Below are positions 9,541 through 20,029 of a stretch of 64,000 bases of DNA, piece by piece. Origin of the DNA: Candidatus Poribacteria bacterium. GTDB taxonomy: Bacteria > Poribacteria > WGA-4E > WGA-3G. Position 1 is the stretch's first letter, and each line of letters begins with the position of its first letter. The stretch spans positions 45,674 through 109,673 of the forward strand of contig CBDBFU010000033.1 of assembly GCA_965205025.1 (NCBI GenBank). Reading direction: 5' to 3'. Below the pieces are notes generated by a model. The model saw only the letters and a list, made by a program, of their open reading frames with translations, had not been told where the DNA came from and ran no database searches. A program made the translations under genes and the position numbers.

Positions 9541-9813
9541 TTATCCGCGATACCAAGCCCCGATAGACCTCACAATCATTTTGACAATGCCAGAGAAGAA
9601 ACCGAGTAGAAACATCCCGACTAAAACGAACGCCCCCAAACCAAGCCACCCCGATACAAACACAAAAGTACAAACAACCGCAAATATAGTCGTATTCAAC
9701 ACACCCAAACCGTAATGTTGACTGTAATATATTGCTACAAAAAATGAAAATACGGGTATGATACCAAGTAAATAAAAATACCAACGCGGCAGAAAAGGAA
9801 ACTTTTGTTTCAA
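9541..9813 (-). CDS. Small membrane protein (2-3 TM), hypothetical
   Basis: Strongly hydrophobic 90-aa ORF with a TTG start after AGGT, convergent with the protease. Confidence 0.5.
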   Translation of the reverse strand: MKQKFPFLPRWYFYLLGIIPVFSFFVAIYYSQHYGLGVLNTTIFAVVCTFVFVSGWLGLGAFVLVGMFLLGFFSGIVKMIVRSIGAWYRG

Positions 9814-9950
9814 AATTGATACCTATGAATTATAGAGAGAATTCTGTAACTCATGACACAAGATACGCCCCAAAAAGGTGCATAAAAGCAATATTTTCGT
9901 GGCACGAGATATTAAACCGTCTGAGATTTCTTAGAGGGTGTTTAACCTAC

Positions 9951-10080
9951 TAATACCATTTCTGGTAATTAAAGTCCACTAATAAATCTCTTTAATGTAG
10001 CACAAACTTCCAGTTTGAGTAGTATTTCAAGACATAAATATCACCTAATCACGGGAGAATCATTTATAGAAATGGAATTA
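9951..10080. mobile_element. MITE family A, uninterrupted copy
   Basis: TAATACCATT...AAATGGAATTA with an intact GTAGCACAAACTTCCAGTTTG REP. It aligns with 569-807 minus the B insertion. Confidence 0.7.
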
Positions 10081-10440
10081 TGTTAGATGTATGGATAATG
10101 TGTTTGGAAAAAGTGTTAATATTTATCGTTCTGATATGATTACACTTTCACGGAAACCTTCACGGAGCAATTTTACGAACCCTTATCCTATAAGGGTTTA
10201 TAATTTTAACTATACCAATTTTCCGTGAATCACATAAGTTAATATTTATTTAACTTAAATATGAACGAAATGCATCTTTGGTACTCGTCTGATACCATTC
10301 CTATAAATGTTTATCCTATGAACAGTTGTTATACGAGACTTAAAATACTGCACAATCAGAAACCTGTTATAAGTACAATCACAGAAATCATGATAATGTA
10401 TTCGTTAAATTTCTAATTGATTCTATGAATTTGAACTAAG

Positions 10441-10614
10441 TATGATAATTTATTAACGACAGGTGGGACACTTGCAGCGACAATTTAACTTGTTAAGATA
10501 CTTGGCGGGGATATTGTAGGTATTACATTATTAATAGAATTAACGAAATTTAATGATCAAGAAATGATTAGTGATATACCAATATTGTCTATATTTGAAT
10601 CTGATAATCTATGA
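10441..10614 (+). pseudogene. apt: Adenine phosphoribosyltransferase C-terminal remnant
   Basis: Translates YDNLLTTGGTLAATI*LVKILGGDIVGITLLIELTKFNDQEMISDIPILSIF. This matches the Apt PRPP loop (VDDLLATGGT) and C-terminus. There is an internal TAA at 10486 and no 5' half. Confidence 0.75.
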
Positions 10615-10621
10615 TGGTATT

Positions 10622-10894
10622 TCAGTGTTCCTCTGCGTCCCAAACTTCACCTTCATCATGAAGCGCATCCATAAGATCTTCGTATGCCGCCAGTGCTGAC
10701 AATTCATTATTGAAAAATTTTATCAAGACCTGATTTTGATTGTCGTTACTTTTATCACCTGCCATGATAAAACGTAATGCGTATTTATTATCAGGAACAC
10801 TATGATGCGTAACAATTATTTCTCTAATAAACTTTGAATTGATTGATCTGCGTATAGAACCAAACTTAGATTCTTCAATATCCTTTATGAACAT
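10622..10894 (-). CDS. Small hypothetical protein
   Basis: ATG 10894 is preceded by AGAAAGGAAA. Globular-looking 90 aa. Confidence 0.6.
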   Translation of the reverse strand: MFIKDIEESKFGSIRRSINSKFIREIIVTHHSVPDNKYALRFIMAGDKSNDNQNQVLIKFFNNELSALAAYEDLMDALHDEGEVWDAEEH

Positions 10895-11308
10895 GTTGAT
10901 TTCCTTTCTAAAAGTCAATACTTGAAATATTATATATCATGTTTTATATAAGTGTCAAAGTAAACTCAACGAATATAAATTATATGTCATTTCCCCAGTC
11001 TTCTCCTCTTCTGTAGGATGTAATTCCGATCCGCGATCTTCTCCTCTTCTGTGGAAGAAAACCGTAACGCAAAACGCCACTACAAAAGTTAAGCATGAGA
11101 GTAATTGATTTATTTTATTTTGAGAAATTAGAGGAGTAATGATACAATTTGTATTGAATGTAAAAAAACAAAGCATGCTAGTAATAGTGAGGGATATGAA
11201 AGCGGGGGATACGCTTAATCCCTAATTATACTGGGATACGCAAACTTAATCAGGCAAACACTATTTTAAATCACGTGGTGTTTGCTTCAAAACTAATGAG
11301 GTAACAGA

Positions 11309-12061
11309 ATGTTCACACCGAAACGCTTATTTTTCAGTTTAGGGTTTCTGTTTCTTACCGTCATAATAGTCTGGACAACATGGTATTTCACCATTGTACG
11401 CCCTAATCTCATAGGGAATCCTATCGTGCGTTACAACACAGAATCACAAATAACAACGAATGACACGGTAGACGCAGCAGTTATAGAAAAATCTCAGATA
11501 GGGAAAAACATTAAAGAACATGACACATCGGAAACACATAAAGAGCCAAAAGTGATGAGTCAATCTGTGCGTGAGGGGAACAAAAACACAACCGCTTCCT
11601 CTACACAAAAAGAATCGGATAAATACACAGATTATCCGCCCAAGTCTAATGACAAAAAATTAACTGCTGAGGAATTGGCGAAGAGAAAAGCCGAGGCAGA
11701 AATGATGATAAAGAATTATAAAATTCAGGTGAAGGAATTGCTTAATTCCACAAATGAACTCAAAAAGCAAAGTGAAAGATATAAAGCGAGTTACAATCGA
11801 AACGAAATGCATGCAAAACTCGTGAAGCGGTTAAACTCTCTTTCTGCTGAAGAGCAGAAAGCATACTTTGAAGATATCAAGAGTGGCAAAGCAATTGATG
11901 ATGTCCTTGAAAACATGAGGACAGCATTTAAAGAAGAAGGAATTCCCGATAGTTTTATAGGGGTTTTCTTTGAATTGCTTAAACCACAATTGGCTCAAGA
12001 ATTCGATGCGGAGAAGCATTTAGAAGAGCTTCGTGCAGATGGATTTAAACCGAAGTTTTGA
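11309..12061 (+). CDS. N-terminally membrane-anchored helical protein, tandem paralog 1
   Basis: GAGG RBS, one N-terminal TM, a charged linker and C-terminal HLEELRADGFKPKF. Confidence 0.75.
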   Translation: MFTPKRLFFSLGFLFLTVIIVWTTWYFTIVRPNLIGNPIVRYNTESQITTNDTVDAAVIEKSQIGKNIKEHDTSETHKEPKVMSQSVREGNKNTTASSTQKESDKYTDYPPKSNDKKLTAEELAKRKAEAEMMIKNYKIQVKELLNSTNELKKQSERYKASYNRNEMHAKLVKRLNSLSAEEQKAYFEDIKSGKAIDDVLENMRTAFKEEGIPDSFIGVFFELLKPQLAQEFDAEKHLEELRADGFKPKF

Positions 12062-12081
12062 GAAAATGGAGAAGTGTATCT

Positions 12082-12833
12082 ATGAAAAACAACTTCTTTG
12101 TATATAGTGTTGGTATTCTTGCAATTGTTGTTGTCCTTGGATGGACAACATGGTATTTCGCCATTGTACACCCTAAACTCATAGCGGAACCGATCATACG
12201 GTACAATACCGAATCCCAAATAGCAGCGGACAATACGCCAGACGCGACATCAGTAAAGACATCTCAAGGGCAGAAAATTTCTCAAGAAAAAAATGAAACT
12301 GTTGATAGGCATGTAGAGGGTGGAAGCACAGAAAACGCGGCACCGCTTGTGTCAAAGAATTAAATCAACACACACATCATCCAGATAAGCCTAATGATGA
12401 AGAATTAAGTGCCGAGGAATTGGCAAAGAAAAAAGCTGAAATAGAAAGGGAAAGAAAGGTAGCTGAGAGATATAAAGCTCGGGTAAATGAATTAGGAGCT
12501 AGGATAAATGAACTCCAGAAGCATTCAGAAATACGAAATAAAGAAATTGCAAATCATTTAAACTCTCTTTCTGCTAAAGAGCAGCAAGCTTACTTTGAAA
12601 ATATTCGAAGTGGTAAAGTACTTGAAGAATTACCGCCTAATTTTTTTAAATTAGCAAAGGCACATCTGCTATCAAAAGAAGATGAATATTCAGAGGAAGC
12701 AATAGACAAAGAGGAAGCAATAGACAAAGTCCTTGAAGGTTTTAAACAAGAGATACAGAAATATGCTTCAGAAGCAGGCGCGAAAAGGCATTTAGAGAAG
12801 CTTCGTGCCCATGGATTTGAACCGAAGTTCTGA
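12082..12833 (+). CDS. Tandem paralog 2 (1-nt frameshift near 12355)
   Basis: ORFs 12058 and 12420 join if one A is added in TCAAAGAA, giving 250 aa, the same length as paralog 1. Shared motifs: WTTWYFxIVxPxLI, RYNTESQI, LNSLSAxEQxAYFExIxSGK, HLEKLRAHGFEPKF. Confidence 0.7.
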
Positions 12834-12852
12834 GAAATGGAGAAACCTCTCT

Positions 12853-13146
12853 AAGAAAAACAACTTTTTTCTATATAGCATTGGCATCTTCGCAATTGTT
12901 GGTGTCCTCGTTTGCTTTATTGGATACGCAACAAATACACTCCCAATGTACACGCCAATTACAGAAAACGATGCTTTCCTTTATCAGTGGATGACGGAGA
13001 AAATTGTTGAAAACAGCACCCTCCCACCCCGTGATACACATCGCTGGCTTCCTATCGGTAGAGATAACGGTCAACTGTTACCGCTCTATTCCTATGCCAT
13101 TGCCTATACACATAAAACGTTAGCGTGGTTCTTTCCTGCACTATAA
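12853..13146 (+). pseudogene. Third, start-less copy of the paralog N-terminus fused to an STT3/oligosaccharyltransferase-like N-terminal fragment
   Basis: Upstream DNA repeats the paralog 1/2 junction, but ATG has become AAG. It continues into ENDAFLYQW...RDTHRWLPIGRD...LYSYAIAY, which is STT3-like (inference), and then stops. Confidence 0.5.
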
Positions 13147-13202
13147 GCGTCAATTTAGAATATATTTCTTTATAGAATATGTCTACAAACCTACTATTGC
13201 TA

Positions 13203-13560
13203 CGGTGAATGCCCGGTGAATGTCTAAATGGCATTCATACCGTTGATTCCTTGATTCCTGATTCGCGGGGTGAAAGGTGTGTAGAAAACAGATTGCCAAA
13301 AAATAAGCCCCAGAGGGGTGAAAGGTTTGTAGAAAACGTACCAACCAAAGTCCTAAGCCCCAGAGGGGCGAAAGGTGTATCCCTAAATTGTCGCCTATGG
13401 TGTCTTCAATAGACCTGTCTATGAAATGTTTATAGAAGATCATACGTCTCATGAGAACTCCACCTATATGTTGATATAGACATTCCGTCCCTACGGGACT
13501 CAATTATGTGGATATATACCTTTGCTATAGACATTCCGTCCCTACGGGACTCAATACCTA
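13203..13560. repeat. Cluster of element C hairpins plus AGCCCCAGAGGGG and GAGTCCCGTAGGGACGGAATGTCTATA REP units
   Basis: The same units recur at 23860-24450, 27540-27770 and 28640-28770. Confidence 0.8.
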
Positions 13561-13828
13561 CCGGTCCGCGGAATTAATATTACCGATTTTAAAAATTTAT
13601 CTTTATATAGCATTCCCCGTGGTTAGGAAACCGCACCTACCAGGTTCGGGAGAATAGTATTTTGGGTGAAATGATGTTCATATACCAATTATCAAACTCA
13701 CGTTATATTAGGATTAAATGGCAGTACATGTTCTATTTTAATTTTTGTGTTAACATAAAACATGCTATAATATACATATATTTAAACAATGTAATCTGGG
13801 GATGTATCTAAACTTAGGAGGAATTGAG

Positions 13829-14572
13829 ATGTTGAGAGTTCTTTTTGTATTGTTAATCTGCACAACTTTTGTATGTATGAATTCATATCTCGCTGTTGCT
13901 GCAGATGGTTTAGTAGGTTTTTGGCCATTTGATGAAGGAGCCGGAGGAACTGCTACGGATGTTACTGGGAATGGACATGACGGGGAGTTCAAAGGCGCAC
14001 CAAAATGGGTTGAAGGGAAATTCGGTTCAGCACTTGAATTTGACGGGAAAGATGACTACGTACTTGTTCCCGATCATGATGCCTTGGATATTGAAAATAA
14101 TATTACAATGATGGCATGGTTCAGTCCTAATGATGTGCTTACCAGTCGTCGTTTAATGGTGAAGAATAATTCCATATTTGTTATCTTTGATTTTGGAAAT
14201 AAGGACAGCATAGACTTTCTTGTGAAACCTGACAATTTATTTGCTGAATCCACAACAACAGAATGGAAAGTTGGTGAATGGTATCACTTTGCAGGAACTT
14301 TTGATGGTAAGAAATTACGTGTTTATATAAATGGAAAACTTGAAGGAGAAGCAGCTAACAGTACTCCTATTGCACCATCTGATTTAGATCTATGGATTGG
14401 TGGAGATGACTATGGACGACCAAGCGATTTCTTTCCCGGGAAAATTGATGAAGTCCGAATATATGATGAAACATTGAATGAAGCGGATATTCAAAAAATC
14501 ATGGATACACCACAAGATGTAGAGGCACTTGGAAAACTAACTACTACATGGGGAAGCATCAAGAGTAGATAA
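13829..14572 (+). CDS. Secreted LamG/concanavalin-A-like domain protein
   Basis: AGGAGG RBS, signal peptide, GLVGFWPFDEG, WYHFAGTFDG, GKIDEVRIY and the C-terminal tail VEALGKLTTTWGSIK. Confidence 0.9.
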   Translation: MLRVLFVLLICTTFVCMNSYLAVAADGLVGFWPFDEGAGGTATDVTGNGHDGEFKGAPKWVEGKFGSALEFDGKDDYVLVPDHDALDIENNITMMAWFSPNDVLTSRRLMVKNNSIFVIFDFGNKDSIDFLVKPDNLFAESTTTEWKVGEWYHFAGTFDGKKLRVYINGKLEGEAANSTPIAPSDLDLWIGGDDYGRPSDFFPGKIDEVRIYDETLNEADIQKIMDTPQDVEALGKLTTTWGSIKSR

Positions 14573-14581
14573 GGAATTTAT

Positions 14582-16201
14582 ATGACAAGCCAGCAAAAAC
14601 GCCCTGTCGTACTCATTATTCGAGATGGATGGGGCAACAATCCATATCCTGAATATCAGGAATCAAATGCTGTTCATTTGGCAAATACACCTGTAGATGA
14701 CTGGATGCGGAAAAACTATCCGCATATTACAATTCACACCTCTGGAGAAGATGTCGGTCTACCTGCAGGTGTAATCGGTAACAGCGAAGTTGGTCATCAA
14801 AATATCGGTGCCGGACGCATAGTAAATCAGGAATTACTCCGTATAAGTAATATGATTCGTTCAGGTGAATTTGCTCAGAACGAAGTTCTCATAAATGCAA
14901 TATCTCATGTGAAAAATAACAGAACAAATTTGCACCTTATGGGATTGGCAAGTGATGCGGGTGTACATAGTTCACTTGAACATCTATATGGATTGCTTAG
15001 GCTTGCAAAAGAACATGGATTGGAAAAAAAGCAAGTATTGGTACATAATTTTAGTGATGGACGTGATTGCCAACCAGATCTTGGTATTAAGTTTTGTGAA
15101 GAGATCGAAGCAAAATTAAAGGAGATAGGGGTAGGAAAAATAGCATCGGTCATCGGTAGATTTTATGCTATGGACCGAGATGATAGATGGGAACGGGTCG
15201 AAATAGCATATCGTCTATTAACTGAAGGAAGTGATTCTTCTGTAAACAACGCAGCCATGGCATATCGTGATTATTATCACAATCCTGATGATGTAAACCG
15301 AAAAGGGGATGAATTCGTTCGACCCACTGTCGTGTTAGGGGAGGATGGTAAACCGTTACCCCGAATTTCTGACGGTGATTCTGTTATATTTTACAATTTT
15401 CGGGGAGACCGTCCAAGGGAGTTAACAAAGGCATTTTGTTTAGATACATTCCCGTATGATGGTGAAGGAAAAGATGGTGTTACCCGACAAATGGGTTTTA
15501 AACGGAATTGTAAATTGAGCGTTAACTTTATTACGATGACAGAATATGAACAAGGGATGCCTGTCGAAGCGGCTATTAAGAAGCCACCCAAGATGCAGAA
15601 CACCCTCGGTTCTTTTGTCAGTGATGCAGGTTTAACCCAATTTCGTTGTGCTGAAACAGAGAAATTCCCTCACGTAACGTTCTTTTTTAATGACTATCGA
15701 GACGAACCGTATAATGGCGAACACCGACAGATTATCGCCTCTCCTCGTGATGTGACTACCTATGATCAGAAACCGGAAATGTCTGCTCCTGGAGTTACAG
15801 AGGAGATGTTAAAAAGAATAGAATCTGAAAAGTACGATCTAATAGTCTTAAACTATGCGAATGGGGATATGGTAGGACACACGGGTTCACTCTCTGCAGC
15901 TATTAAAGCCGTTGAAGCAGTGGATACTGGTGTTGGACAGATTGTCAAAGCAGTATTAGACAAAGGTGGTTCTCTCGTTGTTACTGCGGATCATGGGAAT
16001 TGTGAGCAGATGATTGATCCAGAGACTGGAGGAATACATACTGCACACACAACCTTTGATGTTGATCTAATCGTTGTTGATGATGAATATAAGGGACGTG
16101 AACTCCGTTCAGGTGGACGACTTGCAGATATTGCACCGACAGTGCTTAATCTATTAGGGTTACCTCAACCTATTGAAATGACTGGTGAATCCTTAATTTA
16201 A
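14582..16201 (+). CDS. gpmI: 2,3-bisphosphoglycerate-independent phosphoglycerate mutase
   Basis: LIIRDGWG, GNSEVGHQNIGAGR, GRFYAMDRD, NFRGDR, AETEK, DMVGHTG and TADHGN. Confidence 0.97.
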   Translation: MTSQQKRPVVLIIRDGWGNNPYPEYQESNAVHLANTPVDDWMRKNYPHITIHTSGEDVGLPAGVIGNSEVGHQNIGAGRIVNQELLRISNMIRSGEFAQNEVLINAISHVKNNRTNLHLMGLASDAGVHSSLEHLYGLLRLAKEHGLEKKQVLVHNFSDGRDCQPDLGIKFCEEIEAKLKEIGVGKIASVIGRFYAMDRDDRWERVEIAYRLLTEGSDSSVNNAAMAYRDYYHNPDDVNRKGDEFVRPTVVLGEDGKPLPRISDGDSVIFYNFRGDRPRELTKAFCLDTFPYDGEGKDGVTRQMGFKRNCKLSVNFITMTEYEQGMPVEAAIKKPPKMQNTLGSFVSDAGLTQFRCAETEKFPHVTFFFNDYRDEPYNGEHRQIIASPRDVTTYDQKPEMSAPGVTEEMLKRIESEKYDLIVLNYANGDMVGHTGSLSAAIKAVEAVDTGVGQIVKAVLDKGGSLVVTADHGNCEQMIDPETGGIHTAHTTFDVDLIVVDDEYKGRELRSGGRLADIAPTVLNLLGLPQPIEMTGESLI

Positions 16202-16262
16202 TGTGAAAACATTAGGGTTGCATAATTAATTGAAACTCTAAACAAACTTAGGAGATTTTGGC

Positions 16263-17258
16263 ATGTCTTCATTGATTGACCAAGAAGTTCGCAGCGATTT
16301 TCGCTTATTTGCAGGTCGAGCAAATCCTGCTTTAGCAAAAGAGATCGCAGGGATTTTAGGTGTTGAACTCGGAAAGATTTCGATTGGTCCATTCCCGAAT
16401 AGTGAGACACGCGTTCAGATAGAAGAGAGTATTCGCGGTACAGATATTTATATCATCCAACCTACTTGTGAACCAGCGAATGAAACACTCATGGAGCTTC
16501 TGATTACAATAGATGCTATGAAAAGGGCATCCGCCAGACAAATTACTGCGATTATTCCGTACTTTGGGTATGCACGGCAAGATCATAAAACAACAGGTCG
16601 TGAACCCATTAGCGCAAAGCTTGTTGCTAACCTATTGACGACTGCAGGTGCAAGTCGTGTAATGGCGATTGACTTACACGTGCCTCAGATTCAAGGTTTC
16701 TTTGATATACCTATGGATCATTTAACTGCGCTTACCACCTTAGCAAACTATTTTAAAGAGAAAGATATTGAAAATGGTGTAATAGTTGCTCCTGATGCTG
16801 GTCGTGCAAAGTTGGCTGAAAAATATTCTGATATCTTACGACTTCCCTTAGCAATTATGCATAAGCGTAGAAATGGGAATAACGGACAAGATGTAAAATT
16901 TGTTGAGCTTGTGGGTGAAGTAGAAGGAAAAACACCTATCATAATTGACGATGAAATCGCTACTGGTGGGAGTATTCATCAGCAGGCACAAGCCTTGGCA
17001 GCAGCAGGAGCGGAACCAGCTTATGTAAGTATCACTCACGGCGTATTTGTTGGATCTGCTTTGGAAAGACTTGAACATCCTTCCATACGAGAAGTCGTCG
17101 CAACGGATACTATTCCAATTCCTGCTGAGAAACAATTAGAGGGTAAGATTCATGTTCTGTCAATTGCACCTCTCCTTGCTGCCGCTATTTTGAGAGTACA
17201 TCAACACAGATCTGTTAGTCAAGTTTTCAGAGAACAGCATCTCGATTTTCCAGTTTAA
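16263..17258 (+). CDS. prs: Ribose-phosphate pyrophosphokinase
   Basis: PYFGYARQD, DLHVPQIQGFFD, VAPDAGR and IIDDEIATGGS. Confidence 0.95.
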   Translation: MSSLIDQEVRSDFRLFAGRANPALAKEIAGILGVELGKISIGPFPNSETRVQIEESIRGTDIYIIQPTCEPANETLMELLITIDAMKRASARQITAIIPYFGYARQDHKTTGREPISAKLVANLLTTAGASRVMAIDLHVPQIQGFFDIPMDHLTALTTLANYFKEKDIENGVIVAPDAGRAKLAEKYSDILRLPLAIMHKRRNGNNGQDVKFVELVGEVEGKTPIIIDDEIATGGSIHQQAQALAAAGAEPAYVSITHGVFVGSALERLEHPSIREVVATDTIPIPAEKQLEGKIHVLSIAPLLAAAILRVHQHRSVSQVFREQHLDFPV

Positions 17259-17285
17259 TGTTAGATTTTCCAATGAAATGAACAG

Positions 17286-18380
17286 ATGATACCAATTCTT
17301 TACCTTAGCCATACTGGTACAAGTATAGGTGGGGGAGAAAAACAACTCTATTATCTTCTAACACATTTAGATCGAACAAAATATCAACCAATTGTAGTTT
17401 TTCCAGACGATGGGATATTTGCTGACCAAGTGAGGAAAGCAGATATCCCATCTTTTATTGTTCATCTACCCCATTGGCGTAGGGTTATCTCCCGTTTCTC
17501 TCGTAAGATTGCAACCACAAAGTTAACTGAGCTTGCTAAGAAACACAACATACAAATCGTCCATACATCGGATTCATGGTTTAACCCTTATATTCTACAA
17601 CTAAAAAATCGATTGAAAATTCCTGTCATGACTCATATACGCAATTTACTGACAACCGATCAGGTATCCAAGTATTACTTTGATGAAATGGACTATATTA
17701 TTTCTATATCAGAACAGAGTAAATCTCCTCTAATTGAATCCGGTATTTCCAGGGACAAGATTGAAGTCATTTTGAACTGTGTTGACCTTAATGAATTTAC
17801 TCCCATTTATGAAAAAGATAAGAAATCAACAGATGATTTTACAATCGGAATTGTAGGAAGAATTGAGCCGTTTAAACAACAGAAGACATTCGTTGAAATT
17901 GCAAACGAAGTGAATAAACAGTGTGAATCAGTTCAATTTCAAGTTATTGGGGATGTACTTGAAATTCCTAAACACCAGACGTATTTTAGAGAAGTACGAG
18001 ATTTAGTAGCACAATTTGGTTTGGAGGATGTGATTCATTTCACAGGACATAGGAACGATATACCGAAGGCTATGCAAGAAATTGATCTACTTGTCACCCT
18101 TTCTGCAGGAAGTGTAATTGCTGAAGCAATGGCATCTGGAAAACCTGTTGTTGCATTGTCGATCGGTAGTGCTTCTGATATGATTGTTAATGGTGTAACT
18201 GGATGGGTTGTACAGATCAATTCAATCCAACAGATGAGTAATAAAATCATTCAATTGATTACCAATTCAGATGAGTATGAAAAAATGAGTATTGCTGCAA
18301 GAAAACACGCTGAATCATATTTTGGTATTGATCAACATGTACATAGAATACAGAATATATATGAGAAATTACTTCAATAA
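17286..18380 (+). CDS. GT4-family glycosyltransferase
   Basis: IGGGEKQL, IVGRIEPFKQQ, FTGHRNDI and EAMASGKPVV. Confidence 0.9.
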   Translation: MIPILYLSHTGTSIGGGEKQLYYLLTHLDRTKYQPIVVFPDDGIFADQVRKADIPSFIVHLPHWRRVISRFSRKIATTKLTELAKKHNIQIVHTSDSWFNPYILQLKNRLKIPVMTHIRNLLTTDQVSKYYFDEMDYIISISEQSKSPLIESGISRDKIEVILNCVDLNEFTPIYEKDKKSTDDFTIGIVGRIEPFKQQKTFVEIANEVNKQCESVQFQVIGDVLEIPKHQTYFREVRDLVAQFGLEDVIHFTGHRNDIPKAMQEIDLLVTLSAGSVIAEAMASGKPVVALSIGSASDMIVNGVTGWVVQINSIQQMSNKIIQLITNSDEYEKMSIAARKHAESYFGIDQHVHRIQNIYEKLLQ

Positions 18381-18521
18381 CGCCAGTTTGATAATAAAAA
18401 ATGTCAGTTCGTCAAACAGAACTTTTCCCTGAAGATAGTCTTTGTAGCACAAACTTTCCAGTTTGTGCACTCTGGTGTGAGCTAAGAGTTCGGGTTAAAA
18501 TGTGTCTTATCAAAATCACGT
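18380..18521. mobile_element. MITE family D, 142 bp (inverted relative to 6361-6502)
   Basis: ACGCCAGTTTGATAA...TTATCAAAATCACGT flanked by a 6-bp direct repeat TCAATA. It abuts the GT4 stop codon. Confidence 0.8.
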
Positions 18522-18641
18522 TCAATATAAATAAAATTGCATTAAAGACATATATTGTGTAAAATTAGTATATTAACGATATTAATTACACATTGAGATT
18601 TCAGGACGATATACCAAGCATAAATCCTAAAGGAGGTCTAC

Positions 18642-19046
18642 ATGAATCCAAGATTTGAAGTCAACAATTCTGACGAACTTGAACTTGCATTACAACATTA
18701 TAACAATTTTCATGATGATTATGTCGCAGAGATAGATATTAAGTTTGACAACTATAAAGCAATTAACGAGGATGGTAGGTCTACTGGGATTGGTGATGCA
18801 GATAAGACTGTTGTTCTCACTGTGAACACCCACCCTTATGGTATGGATCATAACCGACTTGTTCGTGTTAAATTTCAGGATGTTAAGACATTTGAAATCG
18901 TCTCATCAGAAGAATCCGGACCAAAATGGGGAGTAACAGGTGTTTATACTGAAGATAGAGATACAGATATATTTTGGGATTTTTATCCTATCTGTACCGG
19001 ATCACGATATATAGTACTTTGCGATAAGATTATATTTTCTGACTAA
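18642..19046 (+). CDS. Hypothetical acidic protein
   Basis: AAGGAGG RBS, 134 aa, with NNFHDD near the N-terminus. Confidence 0.7.
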   Translation: MNPRFEVNNSDELELALQHYNNFHDDYVAEIDIKFDNYKAINEDGRSTGIGDADKTVVLTVNTHPYGMDHNRLVRVKFQDVKTFEIVSSEESGPKWGVTGVYTEDRDTDIFWDFYPICTGSRYIVLCDKIIFSD

Positions 19047-19168
19047 AGAAACCAAATAGAAGTCCTATGAATAAACGAGAGAATTAGTAAATTCACTTTA
19101 ATTGGTCTTTCAACAAGTTATAATAACAAGATAATATTTTAGAATCATCAGATTTAGGAGACGAGTTA

Positions 19169-20029
19169 ATGCTAACACAGGAACAAATAGATTCTTATAA
19201 TGAGAACGGATATATAGGTGTTGAAGGAGTGTTGACTGAGGAAGAGGTAAAAGCACTTCGACGTGTTACCGATGAATTTGTTGAAAAATCGAGAGAAGTA
19301 ACAGAACATAACTACATTTTCGATTTGGAACCCGGACACTCCCCAGAAAATCCACAAGTTCGCCGTATTAAGAGTCCATGTTTATATCATAGTGTATACG
19401 ACCAAACGCTACGACATCCTAATATCTTGGGTATTGTTGGACAACTTATCGGTGATGATCTAAGACACAATGGACATAAACTTAATATGAAATATCCTGA
19501 GTTTGGGAGTCCGGTTGAATGGCATCAGGATTGGGCATTTTATCCACATACGAATGACGATTTACTTGCTGTGGGTGTAGTAATTGATGATATGACTGTT
19601 GAAAATGGTGCATTGATGATAATCCCCGGCTCACACAAAGGTCCAACATTGGATCATCATCAAAATGGAGTATTCATCGGTGCTGTTACCGATCCAGATT
19701 TTACACCTGAGGGTGCTGTACCCATTGAGATTAAAGCAGGTGGCATAACACTACACCATGTTCGTGCATTACATGGATCTGCTCCAAATACTTCTGATAA
19801 ACCACGTCGTCTTTTGCTATTTCAATATTGTGCTGTGGATGCATGGCCTCTAAAAGGCATTCCAGATTGGGAAACATTCAACGATTTTATTATCCAAGGT
19901 GAACCCACTAACCAACCTCGAGTTGTTTCAACACCTGTTAGAATGCCCCAACCTTATTCTGATAAGACGGGGACAATTTACGAAGTACAATCCCTTCTTG
20001 AAAACCCATTGTTTAGTAAGACACAGTAA
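19169..20029 (+). CDS. Phytanoyl-CoA dioxygenase (PhyH) family Fe(II)/2OG oxygenase
   Basis: WHQDW (HxD), ENGALMIIPGSH and HGSAPNTSDKPRR. Confidence 0.92.
   Translation: MLTQEQIDSYNENGYIGVEGVLTEEEVKALRRVTDEFVEKSREVTEHNYIFDLEPGHSPENPQVRRIKSPCLYHSVYDQTLRHPNILGIVGQLIGDDLRHNGHKLNMKYPEFGSPVEWHQDWAFYPHTNDDLLAVGVVIDDMTVENGALMIIPGSHKGPTLDHHQNGVFIGAVTDPDFTPEGAVPIEIKAGGITLHHVRALHGSAPNTSDKPRRLLLFQYCAVDAWPLKGIPDWETFNDFIIQGEPTNQPRVVSTPVRMPQPYSDKTGTIYEVQSLLENPLFSKTQ

Noticed and set aside
11200-11290. Possible c-di-GMP-I riboswitch (GGCAAAC and GGGATACGCAAA words, GCAAACAC/GTGTTTGC hairpin)
   Set aside because: The motifs are in the wrong order and there is no GNRA-loop P2 or P3. Only a simple hairpin is supported.
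13183-13503. ORFs across repeat clusters (13183, 13209, 22283, 23539, 24342, 27292, 28586, 39221)
   Set aside because: They are translations of REP/MITE DNA (SPVGTECL, PQRGERC, ESRRDGMSI) with no RBS or domain signal.
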